From NCBI GenBank assembly GCA_019310195.1, contig JAFDET010000001.1, positions 1-47,025 on the forward strand: a stretch of DNA of 47,025 nt, in the 5' to 3' direction. The translations under genes and the position numbers were made by a program. Origin of the DNA: Deltaproteobacteria bacterium. GTDB lineage: Bacteria; Myxococcota_A; UBA9160; JAFDET01. Below are positions 25,506 to 37,988 of this stretch, in pieces. Numbering within the stretch: position 1 is the stretch's first letter; each line of letters opens with the position of its first letter. The notes beneath the pieces are model-generated. The model was not told where the DNA came from, searched no databases, and was given only the letters and a program-made list of their open reading frames with translations.

Positions 25506-26939
25506 GTGTCCCAAGGCAATCGAACTTCAGGGCGACCGCGCGGAAAGAGCCGCCGACCGCGCGGCAACAGCTCGCGTGGAAACCACGCGCCTCGGATGGG
25601 CGGGATGGATCAGGACTTCTCGCCCCTGGACGAGGACTACGACAACACCGACATGATCTATACCGAGGACGAGGACGACGGCGGCGAGCGCATGTACGTC
25701 ACCGACCTCAAGCACAAGCCCATGGAGGAGCTGGCGGAGCTCGCCGAGGGGCTCAACGTCGAGAACGCCGCCGGGCTGCGCAAGCAGGACCTGATCTTCG
25801 CGATCCTGAAGGCCAAGACCGACGCGGACGAGAAGATCTTCGCCGAGGGCTGCCTGGAGACGCTGCCCGACGGCTTCGGCTTCCTGCGCGCGCCGGATCA
25901 GAACTACCTGCCTGGGCCGGACGACATCTACGTCTCGCCGTCGCAGATTCGCCGCTTCGGCCTGCGCACCGGCGACACCATCAAGGGCCAGATCCGGCCG
26001 CCCAAGGAGACCGAGCGTTACTTCGCTCTGCTCAAGGTCGAGAGCATCAACTTCGAGAAGCCCGAGGCAGCTCGACACAAGATTCTCTTCGACAACCTGA
26101 CGCCCCTCTACCCGCTGGAGAAGTTCAACCTGGAGGCGAAGAGCGGGGGTCTCACCACGCGCATCATCGACCTCATCGCGCCCATCGGGAAGGGGCAGCG
26201 TGCGCTGATCACCTCGCCGCCCAAGGCCGGCAAGACGATGATCCTCAAGGACATCGCCAACGCCATCGCGGAGAACCAGCCCGAGTCCTACCTCATCGTG
26301 CTGCTCATCGACGAGCGGCCCGAAGAGGTGACGGACATGCAGCGCAACGTGAAGGCCGAGGTGATCTCCTCCACCTTCGACGAGCCCGCCACCCGCCACG
26401 TACAGGTCGCCGACATGGTGATCGAGAAGGCCAAGCGCCTCACCGAGCACAAGCGCGACGTGGTGATCCTGCTGGACTCGATCACGCGCCTGGCGCGGGC
26501 CCACAACACCGTGGTGCCTCACTCCGGAAAGATCCTCTCGGGAGGTGTGGATTCCAACGCCCTGCACAAGCCCAAGCGCTTCTTCGGTGCGGCGCGCAAT
26601 GTGGAGGAAGGCGGCAGCCTCACCATCGTGGGGACGGCGCTGATCGACACGGGCTCGCGGATGGACGAGGTGATCTTCGAGGAGTTCAAGGGCACCGGAA
26701 ACAGCGAGCTGGTCCTGGACCGCAAGCTGGCCGACCGGCGCACCTACCCGGCCATCGACATCAACCGCTCGGCGACCCGGCGCGAGGAGCTGCTGCTCGA
26801 CGAGCAGACGCTGAGCCGCATGTACCTGCTGCGCAAGGTGCTGTCGCCGCTCTCCCCGGTGGACTCCATGGAGTTCCTGCTGGAGAAGGTCAAAGCCACC
26901 GACTCCAACGAGGAGTTCCTGGCCTCCATGAACTCCTGA
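25506..26939 (+). CDS. rho: transcription termination factor Rho with an N-terminal extension of about 70 aa (basic, then acidic)
   Basis: [33 protein letters not shown], Walker [19 protein letters not shown], and [23 protein letters not shown]. Confidence 0.95.
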   Translation: MSQGNRTSGRPRGKSRRPRGNSSRGNHAPRMGGMDQDFSPLDEDYDNTDMIYTEDEDDGGERMYVTDLKHKPMEELAELAEGLNVENAAGLRKQDLIFAILKAKTDADEKIFAEGCLETLPDGFGFLRAPDQNYLPGPDDIYVSPSQIRRFGLRTGDTIKGQIRPPKETERYFALLKVESINFEKPEAARHKILFDNLTPLYPLEKFNLEAKSGGLTTRIIDLIAPIGKGQRALITSPPKAGKTMILKDIANAIAENQPESYLIVLLIDERPEEVTDMQRNVKAEVISSTFDEPATRHVQVADMVIEKAKRLTEHKRDVVILLDSITRLARAHNTVVPHSGKILSGGVDSNALHKPKRFFGAARNVEEGGSLTIVGTALIDTGSRMDEVIFEEFKGTGNSELVLDRKLADRRTYPAIDINRSATRREELLLDEQTLSRMYLLRKVLSPLSPVDSMEFLLEKVKATDSNEEFLASMNS

Positions 26940-26944
26940 CCCAG

Positions 26945-26969
26945 ACTAAGGACCGTCCCCTTTCTTAGT
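26945..26969. terminator. AT-rich palindromic element after rho (ACTAAG-GACCGTCCCCTTTCTTAGT); a shortened copy of the element at 42982-43010
   Basis: ACTAAG (26945-26950) pairs with CTTAGT (26964-26969). The 18-mer GGACCGTCCCCTTTCTTA (26950-26967) is identical to 42993-43010. The element sits between convergent genes. Confidence 0.4.
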
Positions 26970-26986
26970 TCCGTGGATCGCGCGGG

Positions 26987-27802
26987 TCAGAGGCTCTGGC
27001 CTTGCTGCGAGGGACGTAGGCCCGTCGGGACGAGCGGCTTGCGGGCGCGGCGGAACACCGCGAGGAGCTGCTTGCCGCCCATGAGCATGCGCCAGCTCTG
27101 GGTGTGCTCGGCGAAGAGGTCGCGCTTTCGCCTCGGCTTCAAGGGGATGGCCAGGGCCCGGACCAGCAGCGCCAGCGGCGCCAGCCAGCGCTGGCCCCGG
27201 CGCGGCAGCAGCGTGCGCGCCTCCATCAGCTCTAGGCCGGCGTTCTCGGCCATGTAGGCCAGCCGGGTCAGCGTAAGTGGGTTGATATGCCCTCGGTCGA
27301 ATGGCGCGCCGTCGTAGTAGTTGGCGACGCGCCGGGGAGCCTTGGCCAGGGAGCCCGTCAGCAGGAACTGGAGGCGCCGCTCGACGTTCAGGTAGTTGGG
27401 GGTGACGACCACGAGCACGCCGTCGTTCCCCAGGATTCGGGCCAGCTCCCGCAGCAGCAGGAAAGGGCTTTCCAGGTGCTCGATGCCGTCGCCGCAGTAG
27501 ATGAAGCCGAAGCTGGCGTCGGCGTAGGGGAGCGGCCGGTTCAGATCCAGGGTGCAGAACGGAGCCGAGCCGCTGTAGCCCTCGCTGTCCAGGTCCGCGC
27601 CGAAGGCGCGGAAGCCCAGCCGGCCCAACGCCTCCGCCATGCGCCCGGGGCCGCAGGGAACGTCCAGCGCGCGGCCGCGTGCGAGCGGATCGGCGATGGC
27701 CAGCGCCTCCTCGAAGCTGCCGCTGCGGCTGTGCTGGGTGGCCTCGATCGAGTCGAGGAGCTCCGTGTAGCGGCGGTCGGCCATGCCCATGCAGGCTAGC
27801 AC
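26987..27802 (-). CDS. class I SAM-dependent methyltransferase
   Basis: Motif I ALDVPCGPGRMAEAL, and FGFIYCGDGIEHLESP. The alternative ATG starts at 27790 and 27784 are equally plausible. Confidence 0.75.
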   Translation of the reverse strand: MLACMGMADRRYTELLDSIEATQHSRSGSFEEALAIADPLARGRALDVPCGPGRMAEALGRLGFRAFGADLDSEGYSGSAPFCTLDLNRPLPYADASFGFIYCGDGIEHLESPFLLLRELARILGNDGVLVVVTPNYLNVERRLQFLLTGSLAKAPRRVANYYDGAPFDRGHINPLTLTRLAYMAENAGLELMEARTLLPRRGQRWLAPLALLVRALAIPLKPRRKRDLFAEHTQSWRMLMGGKQLLAVFRRARKPLVPTGLRPSQQGQSL

Positions 27803-27876
27803 CGGCCTTCCGGGCTACCGGAGGGGGCAGCGGGCGCCGCGGGCTGCGCCGGAATGGCGGGGTACCCTCGCCCGCC

Positions 27877-28956
27877 GTGAGGGTCTTCTTCGACAACACC
27901 CGCAGCGCCCTCTCGCTGCACCACGGCGTGGGCAACGTCGGCACCCACTTCTTCCTGGCGCTGAAGCGGCACGGCCGCGACGTGGACCCGGTCTTCCTCT
28001 ACCGCCGCGGCGCCGGCCCGCCGGCGCAGAACCTGGTGGCGCTGCGCGCCCTCGGCTGCACCCCGCTGCGCGCCTACCATCCCTATCTGTCCCTGGACCT
28101 CCCGCTGCGCGGGAGGATCCTGCACAGCAGCTACCACAAGCTGCCGTCCCTGCCCTTTCGCACCCGCATCCTCCACGTCCACGACGTGTGGACGCTGCGG
28201 CCCAACCCGTACCAGTCGTCGGCCTTCCAGGAGGGGCGGGCCGACAAGCTGCGTCGCGTCCTGGAGCGTGCGGACCTCTACACCGTCCTGACCGAGAGCC
28301 TCCGGGACGAGATGGTCTCCCAGCTGGGGGTCGAGGCCGACCGCATCGTCGTCACCGGCTACGGCTGCCCGCGGAGCCTGGAGGGCGATCCCCCGCTGCT
28401 TCCGAGCGCGGGCGCCGAGCTGGATTCCGCAGGGCCTTACGCCCTGATCGTGGCGCGACTCGAGGCGCGCAAGAACTACGAGCACGTGACTCGCGCCGTG
28501 GCCGCGGTGCCGGACCTGCGCCTGGTGGTGGTGGGGATTCCCGGCTTCGAGGGAGAGCGCCTGGCGGAGGAGTCCTTGCGTGCGCTGCGCGAGCAGGGAC
28601 GCCTGACGTGGCACCGCCAGGTCTCGCCCGCGGCCCTGGCGCAGCTCTACCGGGGCGCCCTCGCCTACGTCTGCCCGTCCTGGGAGGAGGGCTTCGGCAT
28701 CACGCTGCTCGAGGCCATGAGCTACGGCACCCCGGTGATCACCTCGGATCGCTCCGCGAACCGCGAGGTGGTGGCGGGCGGCGGAACCCTGGTGGACCCG
28801 GCCGACTGGGAGGCATCGGCGGAGTGCCTGGCAGCGCTGCTCGCCGATCCGGACGTCCGGGAGGAGCACAGCCGGCGGGCCCGTGCGCGGGCGGCGGAGT
28901 TTCGCTGGGAGGACGTGGCCGCGCGCTTGGAGGACCTCTACCGAAGCGTCGCCTGA
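27877..28956 (+). CDS. glycosyltransferase, GT-B fold (GT4-like)
   Basis: GTG start giving MRVFFDNT. C-terminal motif [35 protein letters not shown] (the E-x7-E region). Confidence 0.8.
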   Translation: MRVFFDNTRSALSLHHGVGNVGTHFFLALKRHGRDVDPVFLYRRGAGPPAQNLVALRALGCTPLRAYHPYLSLDLPLRGRILHSSYHKLPSLPFRTRILHVHDVWTLRPNPYQSSAFQEGRADKLRRVLERADLYTVLTESLRDEMVSQLGVEADRIVVTGYGCPRSLEGDPPLLPSAGAELDSAGPYALIVARLEARKNYEHVTRAVAAVPDLRLVVVGIPGFEGERLAEESLRALREQGRLTWHRQVSPAALAQLYRGALAYVCPSWEEGFGITLLEAMSYGTPVITSDRSANREVVAGGGTLVDPADWEASAECLAALLADPDVREEHSRRARARAAEFRWEDVAARLEDLYRSVA

Positions 28957-29075
28957 CGGCTGCCGGCCGATGTCCAGGCAGGTTCGAGGCCGCCCGGGGT
29001 TTGCAGCCCAGGGGCAGAAAGGCTATCCAATTCGACGTGTTGTGGATGGAGAACCATCTGGTGCGAGGACATCGT

Positions 29076-29087
29076 TAGGGGCCCCTA
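29076..29087. other. 12-nt perfect palindrome TAGGGGCCCCTA in the prfA upstream region
   Basis: Read directly from the sequence, inside the 256-bp non-coding gap between the glycosyltransferase gene and prfA. Confidence 0.6.
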
Positions 29088-29212
29088 GGCCTCCTGGCGA
29101 ACCACACCCGACTGTCCGCGGCACCGCTCCCCGTACGTATCTCGAAACCACCCCCCTGGATTCTGGAGCCCTCGGAGACGCCCCCCGCGGACGTCGGGGA
29201 CGAGGCTTTGGC

Positions 29213-30279
<1,067 letters not shown>

Positions 30280-30283
<4 letters not shown>

Positions 30284-31164
30284 GTTCCGAGCGCACCGAG
30301 CGAGTCTGGACGGTGCTCGATCTGCTGCGCTGGACGACGGACCACTTCGCGTCCCGCGGCATCGATACGCCGCGCCTGGATGCCGAGGTGCTGCTGGCCT
30401 ACGCGCTGGAGTGCGACCGGCTGCGCCTCTACGTGGAGTACGAAAAGCCCGTCGAGGAACCGGAGCGCGCCCGATTCCGCGCGCTGGTGCAGCGCCGCGC
30501 CGATGAGCGGATTCCCGTGGCGTTGCTGACCGGGACCCGTGAGTTCTGGTCGCTGTCCTTCGAGGTCACGCCGGACGTCCTGGTTCCGCGCCCCGAGACC
30601 GAGACCCTGGTGACCGCCGCCTTGGAGCGCCTGCCCGATGCGGAGGCGGAGCTTCGCGTGCTGGACGTGGGAACCGGGTCGGGCGCGGTGGCGCTGGCCC
30701 TGGCCACCGAGCGCCCCAAGGCGCGGGTGGTGGCGACGGATCTTTCGGCCGCCGCCCTGGCGGTGGCCGGCCGCAATGCCGAGCGTCTGGGCCTGGCCGA
30801 CCGCGTCGCGTTCGCCGAGGGCGACTTGTTCGAGCCGCTGGCCGGCGAGCGCTTCGACCTGGTCATCTCCAACCCCCCCTACATCGGCCGCGGCGAGGCC
30901 GACAGCCTGGCGCCGGAGCTCCGCCACGAGCCGGAGTCGGCGCTCTACGCCGGGGCCGACGGGCTGGAGGTGTTGCGGCGCCTGGTGGCCGAGGCGTCCG
31001 ACCACCTGGAAGCGGGCGGCGTACTGGCCCTGGAGATCGATCCGCGGCAGGCCCCGGCGCTGCTGCAGCTGTGCACCGATGCGGGCCTGCGCGACGTGCG
31101 CGTGCACCGCGACTTGGCCGGGCGCGAGCGCGCGGTCAGCGCACTCGCCGGAGGGGAAGCGTAG
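30280..31164 (+). CDS. prmC: release-factor glutamine N5-methyltransferase
   Basis: The ATG overlaps the prf[18 protein letters not shown] and the NPPY motif (VISNPPYI). Confidence 0.93.
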
Positions 31165-32424
31165 ATGGACCGCATCGTCGTACGCGGCGGGCCGCGCCTC
31201 GAGGGCGTCGTGCACGCGTCGGGCTCCAAGAACGCCACCCTGGCGTTGATGGCTGCGGCGCTCCTGGCCGAAGGAGAGACCCGGCTTGCCAACGCGCCGC
31301 GCGTGCGCGACGTGGATGCCATGCTGGAGCTCCTGCGCGCGCTGGGCGCCCAGGCGGAGTGGCTTTCCGACGAGCCCCACACGCTGCGCATCGATGCATC
31401 GCGCATCGTGGAGCCGGAGGCGCCCTACGACCTGGTGCGAAAGATGCGCGCCTCGTTCATGGTGCTGGGCCCGCTGCTGGGGCGCTGCGGGCTGGCGCGG
31501 GTTTCCGAGCCCGGCGGCTGCGCCATCGGCGTGCGCCCGATCGATCAGCACCTGAAGGGCTTCGCTGCCCTGGGCGCCAAGATCTCGCTGGACCACGGGA
31601 CCGTGGAGGCCCGCGTCGAGAAGCTGGTGGGCGGCCGCGTGGTCTTCGACATGGTCAGCGTCAACGGCACCCAGAACGTGATGATGGCCGCGGCGCTGGC
31701 GAGGGGCGAGACGCTGATCGAGAACGCCGCCCGCGAGCCCGAGGTGCTGGAGCTTGCGGACGCGCTGGCGCGCATGGGTGTCGACCTGGAAGGCGCCGGG
31801 AGTGACTGCATCCGCGTGCGCGGCGCCCGCAGGCTGCGTGGCATCCACCACACTGTGAGCGGCGACCGCATCGAGACCGGGACCCTTCTCACCGCGGGCA
31901 TCGTGACCCGCGGCGACGTGACCGTGACGGGCACCGACCCGACCCACCTGGACGCGGTGCTGGACAAGCTTCGCGAGGGCGGCGCCGAGCTGGACGTCGC
32001 CGCCGATCGCGTGCGCGCTCGGGCCGGGGAGCCGCTGCGCGGCGTGGACGTGTCCACCGCGCCCTACCCTGGCTTTCCCACAGACATGCAGGCACAGCTT
32101 CTGGCCGCGCTGTGCACCGCCGACGGCTCCAGCGTGGTCACCGAGAATGTGTTCGAGAATCGCTTCATGCACGTTCCGGAGCTGCAGCGCATGGGTGCCG
32201 ACATCTCACTTCAAGGTCGCGCGGCCCTGGTGCGCGGCGTTCCGCGGCTGGCGGGTGCACCGGTCATGGCCACCGACTTGCGGGCTTCGGCGTGCCTGCT
32301 GGTGGCGGGGCTTGCCGCGGAGGGCACGACCACGGTGAGTCGCGTCTACCACATCGATCGCGGGTACGAACGCATCGAAGAGAAGCTGCGTTCTCTCGGT
32401 GCCGACATTCGGAGGGAGTCCTGA
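31165..32424 (+). CDS. murA: UDP-N-acetylglucosamine 1-carboxyvinyltransferase
   Basis: [16 protein letters not shown], and [14 protein letters not shown] (the catalytic Cys loop). The ATG directly follows the prmC TAG. Confidence 0.96.
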   Translation: MDRIVVRGGPRLEGVVHASGSKNATLALMAAALLAEGETRLANAPRVRDVDAMLELLRALGAQAEWLSDEPHTLRIDASRIVEPEAPYDLVRKMRASFMVLGPLLGRCGLARVSEPGGCAIGVRPIDQHLKGFAALGAKISLDHGTVEARVEKLVGGRVVFDMVSVNGTQNVMMAAALARGETLIENAAREPEVLELADALARMGVDLEGAGSDCIRVRGARRLRGIHHTVSGDRIETGTLLTAGIVTRGDVTVTGTDPTHLDAVLDKLREGGAELDVAADRVRARAGEPLRGVDVSTAPYPGFPTDMQAQLLAALCTADGSSVVTENVFENRFMHVPELQRMGADISLQGRAALVRGVPRLAGAPVMATDLRASACLLVAGLAAEGTTTVSRVYHIDRGYERIEEKLRSLGADIRRES

Positions 32425-33791
32425 TGGCCAGTCGAACCACCAAGGCGATCCTTCCGGTCTACAAGACCGGTGAGCCGCGCTTTCGCACCGCGCTCAAGAA
32501 GCTCATCGATCGCCGCGAACAAGAGGATCCGTCCGTCGAAAAGACCGCTCGCAAGATCCTGGACCAGGTCCGCGACGGCGGTGACGACGCGTTGCTCGCT
32601 CTGGTGCGCAAGTACGACCGCGCACCGGTCAGCGTACTGGAGGTCACCCCCCAGGAATGGGACGACGGCGTCGAGCAGGTCGACGCCGCTGACCGGGCGG
32701 CCATCGGCAAGGCGGCCATGCGGGTGCGCGAGTTCCACAAGAAGCGCATCGCGGGAAGCTGGGAGATGCGCGAGGAGGGCGGCGCCTTCATGGGCCACCG
32801 GGTTCGGGCGTTGGAGCGCGTGGGGATCTACGTGCCCGGCGGCAAGGCCGCCTATCCGTCGTCGGTGATCATGAACGCGATTCCCGCGTCGGTGGTGGAA
32901 GTGCCCGAGATCGTGATGGCCACCCCGCCCCAGGCCGACGGGTCGATCCGGCCCGACGTGCTGATCGCGGCGCGCGTGGCGGGCGTCCACCGCGTCTTCC
33001 GCATGGGCGGGGCCCAGGCGATCGGTGCGCTGGCCTTCGGTACGGAGTCCGTGCCGCGTGTCGACAAGATCGTGGGACCGGGAAACCAGTACGTGGCCGC
33101 TGCCAAACGCCTGGTCTTCGGCCGGGTGGCGATCGACGCAGAGGCCGGGCCCACGGAGGTGCTGGTGGTGGCGGACAAGACGGCCACTCCCGCCTGGGTG
33201 GCCGCCGACCTGCTGTCCCAGGCCGAGCACGACGAGCAGGCCGGCGTTGTCCTGGTGACCACCTCCAGGAGCATCGCGACCCGCGTCCAGGAGCAGCTGG
33301 CGCGCCAGCTGAAGGGGCTCGAGCGCGCCAAGATCGCCCGGCAGGCGCTCTCGAAGGGCGGCGCCATCTTCGTGGTGAAGAACCTGGAGGAGGCCATGGA
33401 TGTGGCGAACGCCTATGCCCCGGAGCACCTGGTGCTGGCGGTGAACGACGCCGACGAGACGCTGCGCCTGGTCGAAAATGCGGGGACGGTCTTGCTGGGC
33501 CACTACACACCGGTGGCCGTGGGCGACTACCTGGCCGGTCCCAACCACGTGCTGCCGACGGGGGGCACCGCTCGCTTCTTCTCGCCGCTGGGCGTCGACG
33601 ACTTCCTCAAGCGCACGGCGTTCGTGCGCTTCGATCCGCCCAAGCTGCGGGAGCTGGGGGCGGACGTGATCCGATTGGCGGAGCTGGAGGGCCTGCCGGG
33701 GCACGGCCAGTCGGTGGAGCTGCGGCTCCAGAAGATCCGGCGCGCCCGGCGCGAACGCGAAGCGGCGCGAGCCGCGGAGGTGGAGCTGTGA
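32424..33791 (+). CDS. hisD: histidinol dehydrogenase
   Basis: IYVPGGKAAYPSSVIMNAIPA, LLSQAEHDE, and APEHL. The ATG shares one base with the murA TGA. Confidence 0.95.
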   Translation: MASRTTKAILPVYKTGEPRFRTALKKLIDRREQEDPSVEKTARKILDQVRDGGDDALLALVRKYDRAPVSVLEVTPQEWDDGVEQVDAADRAAIGKAAMRVREFHKKRIAGSWEMREEGGAFMGHRVRALERVGIYVPGGKAAYPSSVIMNAIPASVVEVPEIVMATPPQADGSIRPDVLIAARVAGVHRVFRMGGAQAIGALAFGTESVPRVDKIVGPGNQYVAAAKRLVFGRVAIDAEAGPTEVLVVADKTATPAWVAADLLSQAEHDEQAGVVLVTTSRSIATRVQEQLARQLKGLERAKIARQALSKGGAIFVVKNLEEAMDVANAYAPEHLVLAVNDADETLRLVENAGTVLLGHYTPVAVGDYLAGPNHVLPTGGTARFFSPLGVDDFLKRTAFVRFDPPKLRELGADVIRLAELEGLPGHGQSVELRLQKIRRARREREAARAAEVEL

Positions 33792-34381
33792 GCGATCAGA
33801 GAAGGGCCGTCATCGAACGCAAGACCGGCGAGACCGAGATCCGTCTCGCGCTCGACCTGGACGGCTCCGGCCAGTACCAGGTGGATACCGGGATCGCGTT
33901 CTTCGACCACATGCTCGAGTCCTTCGCGAAGCACGGTCTGTTCGATCTGGACCTGCGCGCCAAGGGCGACCTGGAAGTGGACCTGCACCACACGGTCGAG
34001 GACGTGGGCATCGTGCTGGGCCAGGCCCTGCGCCAAGCGTTGGGAAGTGCTGCCGGTATCCGTCGCTACGGAAGCTTCGTGCTGCCCATGGCCGAGGCCA
34101 AGGTGGAGGTTGCGCTCGATCTCTCGAACCGGGCGTACCTGGTCTACCGGGTGGACCTGGCCAACGACCGTGTGGGCGAGTTCGACGCCAGCCTGGTGGA
34201 GGACTTCTTGTTCGCCTTCGCACAGAACGGCGGAATCGATCTTCACGTGGAGAAGCGTTACGGGCGCAGTCCCCACCACGTGGTGGAGGCGATCTTCAAG
34301 GGCCTGGCCCGCGCTCTGCGCGGGGCGGTGGAGATCGATTCCCGGGTGGAGGGGGTCCCCTCGGTGAAGGGGACCTTGTAG
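33788..34381 (+). CDS. hisB: imidazoleglycerol-phosphate dehydratase
   Basis: RKTGETEIRLALDLDG, FFDHML, HHTVEDVGIVLG, and RSPHHVVEAIFKGLARAL. Confidence 0.95.
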   Translation: MSDQRRAVIERKTGETEIRLALDLDGSGQYQVDTGIAFFDHMLESFAKHGLFDLDLRAKGDLEVDLHHTVEDVGIVLGQALRQALGSAAGIRRYGSFVLPMAEAKVEVALDLSNRAYLVYRVDLANDRVGEFDASLVEDFLFAFAQNGGIDLHVEKRYGRSPHHVVEAIFKGLARALRGAVEIDSRVEGVPSVKGTL

Positions 34382-34387
34382 CGAGCC

Positions 34388-35038
34388 ATGTCCGCAACCC
34401 CCCTCACTGCAGCCGTCGTGGACTACGGCTTCGGCAACGTGCGCAGCGTGTCCAAGGCGCTGGCGCGCTCGGGGCTCGTGCCGGACGTGACCGCCGATCC
34501 CGCTGCCGTCGCTCGCGCGGACGCCGTGGTGCTGCCCGGTGTGGGCAACTTCGCCGATGCGGCGGCCAGCCTGCGCGCCAAGGGTCTGGACCGCGCCATC
34601 CAGGATGCCATCGCCGCCTCGCGTCCCTATCTGGGTCTGTGCCTTGGGCTCCAGCTCCTGTTCGAGGAGAGCGACGAGCACGGAGTGACCCCGGGCTGGG
34701 GGTTGCTGCCGGGCCGGGTCGAGCGCTTCGCGGATCGCGGATCCGACGGCGAGCCGCTGCGGGTTCCCCACATCGGATGGAATCGGGTCCGCTTTCGGGG
34801 CGAGCACCCCATGCTGCAGGACCTCCCCGAGGAGGACTGCTACTACTTCGTGCACTCCTATCGCGCCGTTCCGTCAGAGGAAGGTCAGGTGGTGGGAGAG
34901 GCCGACTACGGCGGACCGCTGGCCGCGGCCGTAGCCAGCGAGGGGATCTTCGCCGTGCAGTTCCATCCCGAGAAGAGCCAGAGTGCCGGCAAGCGCGTCC
35001 TCGACGCGTTCGCGGCGTGGGTAGGCCGATGCCGCTGA
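34388..35038 (+). CDS. hisH: imidazole glycerol phosphate synthase, glutaminase subunit
   Basis: VVDYGFGNVRSV, and LGLCLGLQLL (the catalytic Cys). HIGWN and FVHSY plus QFHPEKS supply the His and Glu. Confidence 0.95.
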   Translation: MSATPLTAAVVDYGFGNVRSVSKALARSGLVPDVTADPAAVARADAVVLPGVGNFADAAASLRAKGLDRAIQDAIAASRPYLGLCLGLQLLFEESDEHGVTPGWGLLPGRVERFADRGSDGEPLRVPHIGWNRVRFRGEHPMLQDLPEEDCYYFVHSYRAVPSEEGQVVGEADYGGPLAAAVASEGIFAVQFHPEKSQSAGKRVLDAFAAWVGRCR

Positions 35039-35712
35039 GTCGCGCGCTTCTCGCACTGTGCGCCGTGGCGCTGCTGTCCAGTGCCTGCGCCCAGGCGCCC
35101 ACGGCGCGCTCGGAGATCTACGCCTCCGGCAAGGAGGCGCGCGAGCTGAACATCGACAAGGTGGCCATCGCGCCGTTCCGCGTTGCGGACCTGTACCCGC
35201 GCACGGGCACGCGCAACGTTCCGGGCCCGGAGGCCGCGGCGCTGATCGAGCGTTTCGTCACCGAGGCGCTCATGAAGCGCGGCATTCGGGTGGTGCCCGT
35301 GGGCGACGTGCGTACGGCGCTGGGGCTCACGCCGGAGATGGCCACGCCCCCGCCGCGCATCGTGGCTCAGGTGGTGCACAAGGAGTTCGGCACGCCTGCC
35401 GTCGCGTACGGCACCGTCTACCGGATGCGCGAGCGCGCACCGGAGGCCATGGGCTCCTCTACGGCGGCCAGCGTCTGGTTCGAGGTGGTGGTGCTCAAGG
35501 CCCCGGGCGGCGCGCGCCTGTGGAAGAGCAGCATCAACGAGACCCAGCGGCCGCTCAACGAGAACGTCTTCAATGTCGGGCGCTATCCGGGCGGCGGCAT
35601 GCGCTGGCTCTCGGTAGAGGAGCTGGCGCGCTGGGGCGCAGGGGAGCTGGCCGGCGAGTTCCCGTACGGCAGCGGCGCCGACCTCCAGTCGCCGGGACGC
35701 ACGCGCTGGTAG
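35029..35712 (+). CDS. secreted or lipoprotein of unknown function, embedded between hisH and hisA
   Basis: Signal peptide MPLSRALLALCAVALLSSAC-AQ with a lipobox-like LSSAC. The gene overlaps the hisH 3' end by 10 nt. I recognise no domain. Confidence 0.65.
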   Translation: MPLSRALLALCAVALLSSACAQAPTARSEIYASGKEARELNIDKVAIAPFRVADLYPRTGTRNVPGPEAAALIERFVTEALMKRGIRVVPVGDVRTALGLTPEMATPPPRIVAQVVHKEFGTPAVAYGTVYRMRERAPEAMGSSTAASVWFEVVVLKAPGGARLWKSSINETQRPLNENVFNVGRYPGGGMRWLSVEELARWGAGELAGEFPYGSGADLQSPGRTRW

Positions 35713-35721
35713 GTCCCGGCC

Positions 35722-36449
35722 ATGAGCTTCGAGCTGATTCCCGCCATCGATCTCCTGGGCGGGCGCGTCGTGCGCCTGTCCCGAGGTGACTACGCCGCCG
35801 CTACCGTCTACGACCCGGACCCGGGCGCGGTGGCCCGGCGCTTCGCCGAGGCCGGTGCGCCGCGCATTCACGTGGTCGATCTGGACGCGGCGCGCAGCGG
35901 CGAGCGCGGGAACGAGGCATCGATCCGAGCGGTCGTTGCCGCCGCGGGCGCGGCGCCGGTGCAGCTGGGCGGAGGCATCCGCGACCTGGACGGCGTGAAG
36001 TCCGCCGTCGCGCTGGGCGTCGATCGGGTGGTGATCGGAACCGCGGCCCTGCGAGATCCCGAGCTGGTTCGCGAGGCGGCGAGGCTGAATCCCGGACGGA
36101 TCGTGGTGGGGATCGACGCACGAGAGGGGCACGTGGCCGTCGAGGGCTGGCTCGAGACCAGTGAGACCACCGCGTTGGACATGGCCCGGCGCTTCGAGGA
36201 CGCGGGCGTGGCGGCCATCGTGCACACGGACATCGCCCGGGACGGCATGCTCACGGGACCCAACCTGGAAGCGACCGCGCAGCTGGCCGAGCTGGTCTCG
36301 ATCCCGGTGATCGTCTCGGGCGGGGTCGCGTCATTGGACGACGTGAAGCGCGCCGCCGCGCTGGCGTCCCGCGGCGTGGCCGGGGTCATCGCCGGGCGCG
36401 CCCTCTACACCGGCGACCTGGATCTGGACCGCGCGCTGGAGGCCGCGTC

Positions 36450-36459
<10 letters not shown>
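35722..36459 (+). CDS. hisA: ProFAR isomerase (1-(5-phosphoribosyl)-5-[(5-phosphoribosylamino)methylideneamino]imidazole-4-carboxamide isomerase)
   Basis: [30 protein letters not shown], and [11 protein letters not shown]. Confidence 0.95.
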
Positions 36460-37313
<854 letters not shown>

Positions 37314-37319
37314 GCCCGC

Positions 37320-37988
37320 TCAGGCGTCGCGCAGCAGCTGGGCGAAGCCGTCCGCGAGCGCGGCCGGCGCCGCCTCGACGCGCGGGGCGTCGTGGAGCGC
37401 CCGCCACCAGTCCGGGCGCTCCCCGCCGTCTTCGGCCAGGAGCAGGCGGGGCACCCGTTCCGCAAAGGCGACGGCGTAATCGGTCGGTCGCAGGTCGCGC
37501 GCGCAGGAGCGCAGCATGGGGTCGGCGCCACTGCCGTCGGCACCGGCGGCGGCGAGCTGCTCGGCCACGTTCTCGTACACGGTCTCCAGGGGCATCTCCC
37601 AGTCGGGCTCGCTGCCGCCGCCATCCAGCCCTTCCCCGGGCAACAGGTAGGCGGCGGGCACGCGATCGGGCCTCGCGCCGGCTACCAGCAGGCCCACGTA
37701 CGCACCCAGACCGAAGCCCGCCACGTAGGCGCGCCCGGCCTCGACCAGGGCCGCGTCGGCGCCGCAGGCCAGGGTCTCCGGTGCGTAGGTGCCGCCGCGC
37801 GCGCGGTCGCTGGCGCCGTGACCGGCGAAGTCCAGGGCCAGCACGCGACCGCCGGGCCAGGCTGCGGCGGCTTCGGTCAGGTCGGTGCCCCGGCCCCACA
37901 GCTCGTGCAGCAGCAGCAACGTCGGCCCGGGGCCCGTGCGAAGCTCGTGGAGTGCCACCTGGATGCGACCGCTCTTCAGCCGGGTCAC
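37320..37988 (-). CDS. alpha/beta-hydrolase-fold protein lacking the nucleophile Ser (likely a pseudoenzyme)
   Basis: The GTG at 37988 overlaps the upstream TGA. LALDFAGHGASD is present, but the nucleophile elbow reads GFGLGA instead of GxSxG. Confidence 0.6.
   Translation of the reverse strand: MTRLKSGRIQVALHELRTGPGPTLLLLHELWGRGTDLTEAAAAWPGGRVLALDFAGHGASDRARGGTYAPETLACGADAALVEAGRAYVAGFGLGAYVGLLVAGARPDRVPAAYLLPGEGLDGGGSEPDWEMPLETVYENVAEQLAAAGADGSGADPMLRSCARDLRPTDYAVAFAERVPRLLLAEDGGERPDWWRALHDAPRVEAAPAALADGFAQLLRDA

Noticed and set aside
26987-28956. The divergent methyltransferase and glycosyltransferase pair between rho and prfA, considered as a horizontally acquired islet.
   Set aside because: I saw no compositional break, flanking repeats, tRNA or integrase. 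Codon style matches the neighbouring genes. There is nothing beyond ordinary accessory-looking annotations.
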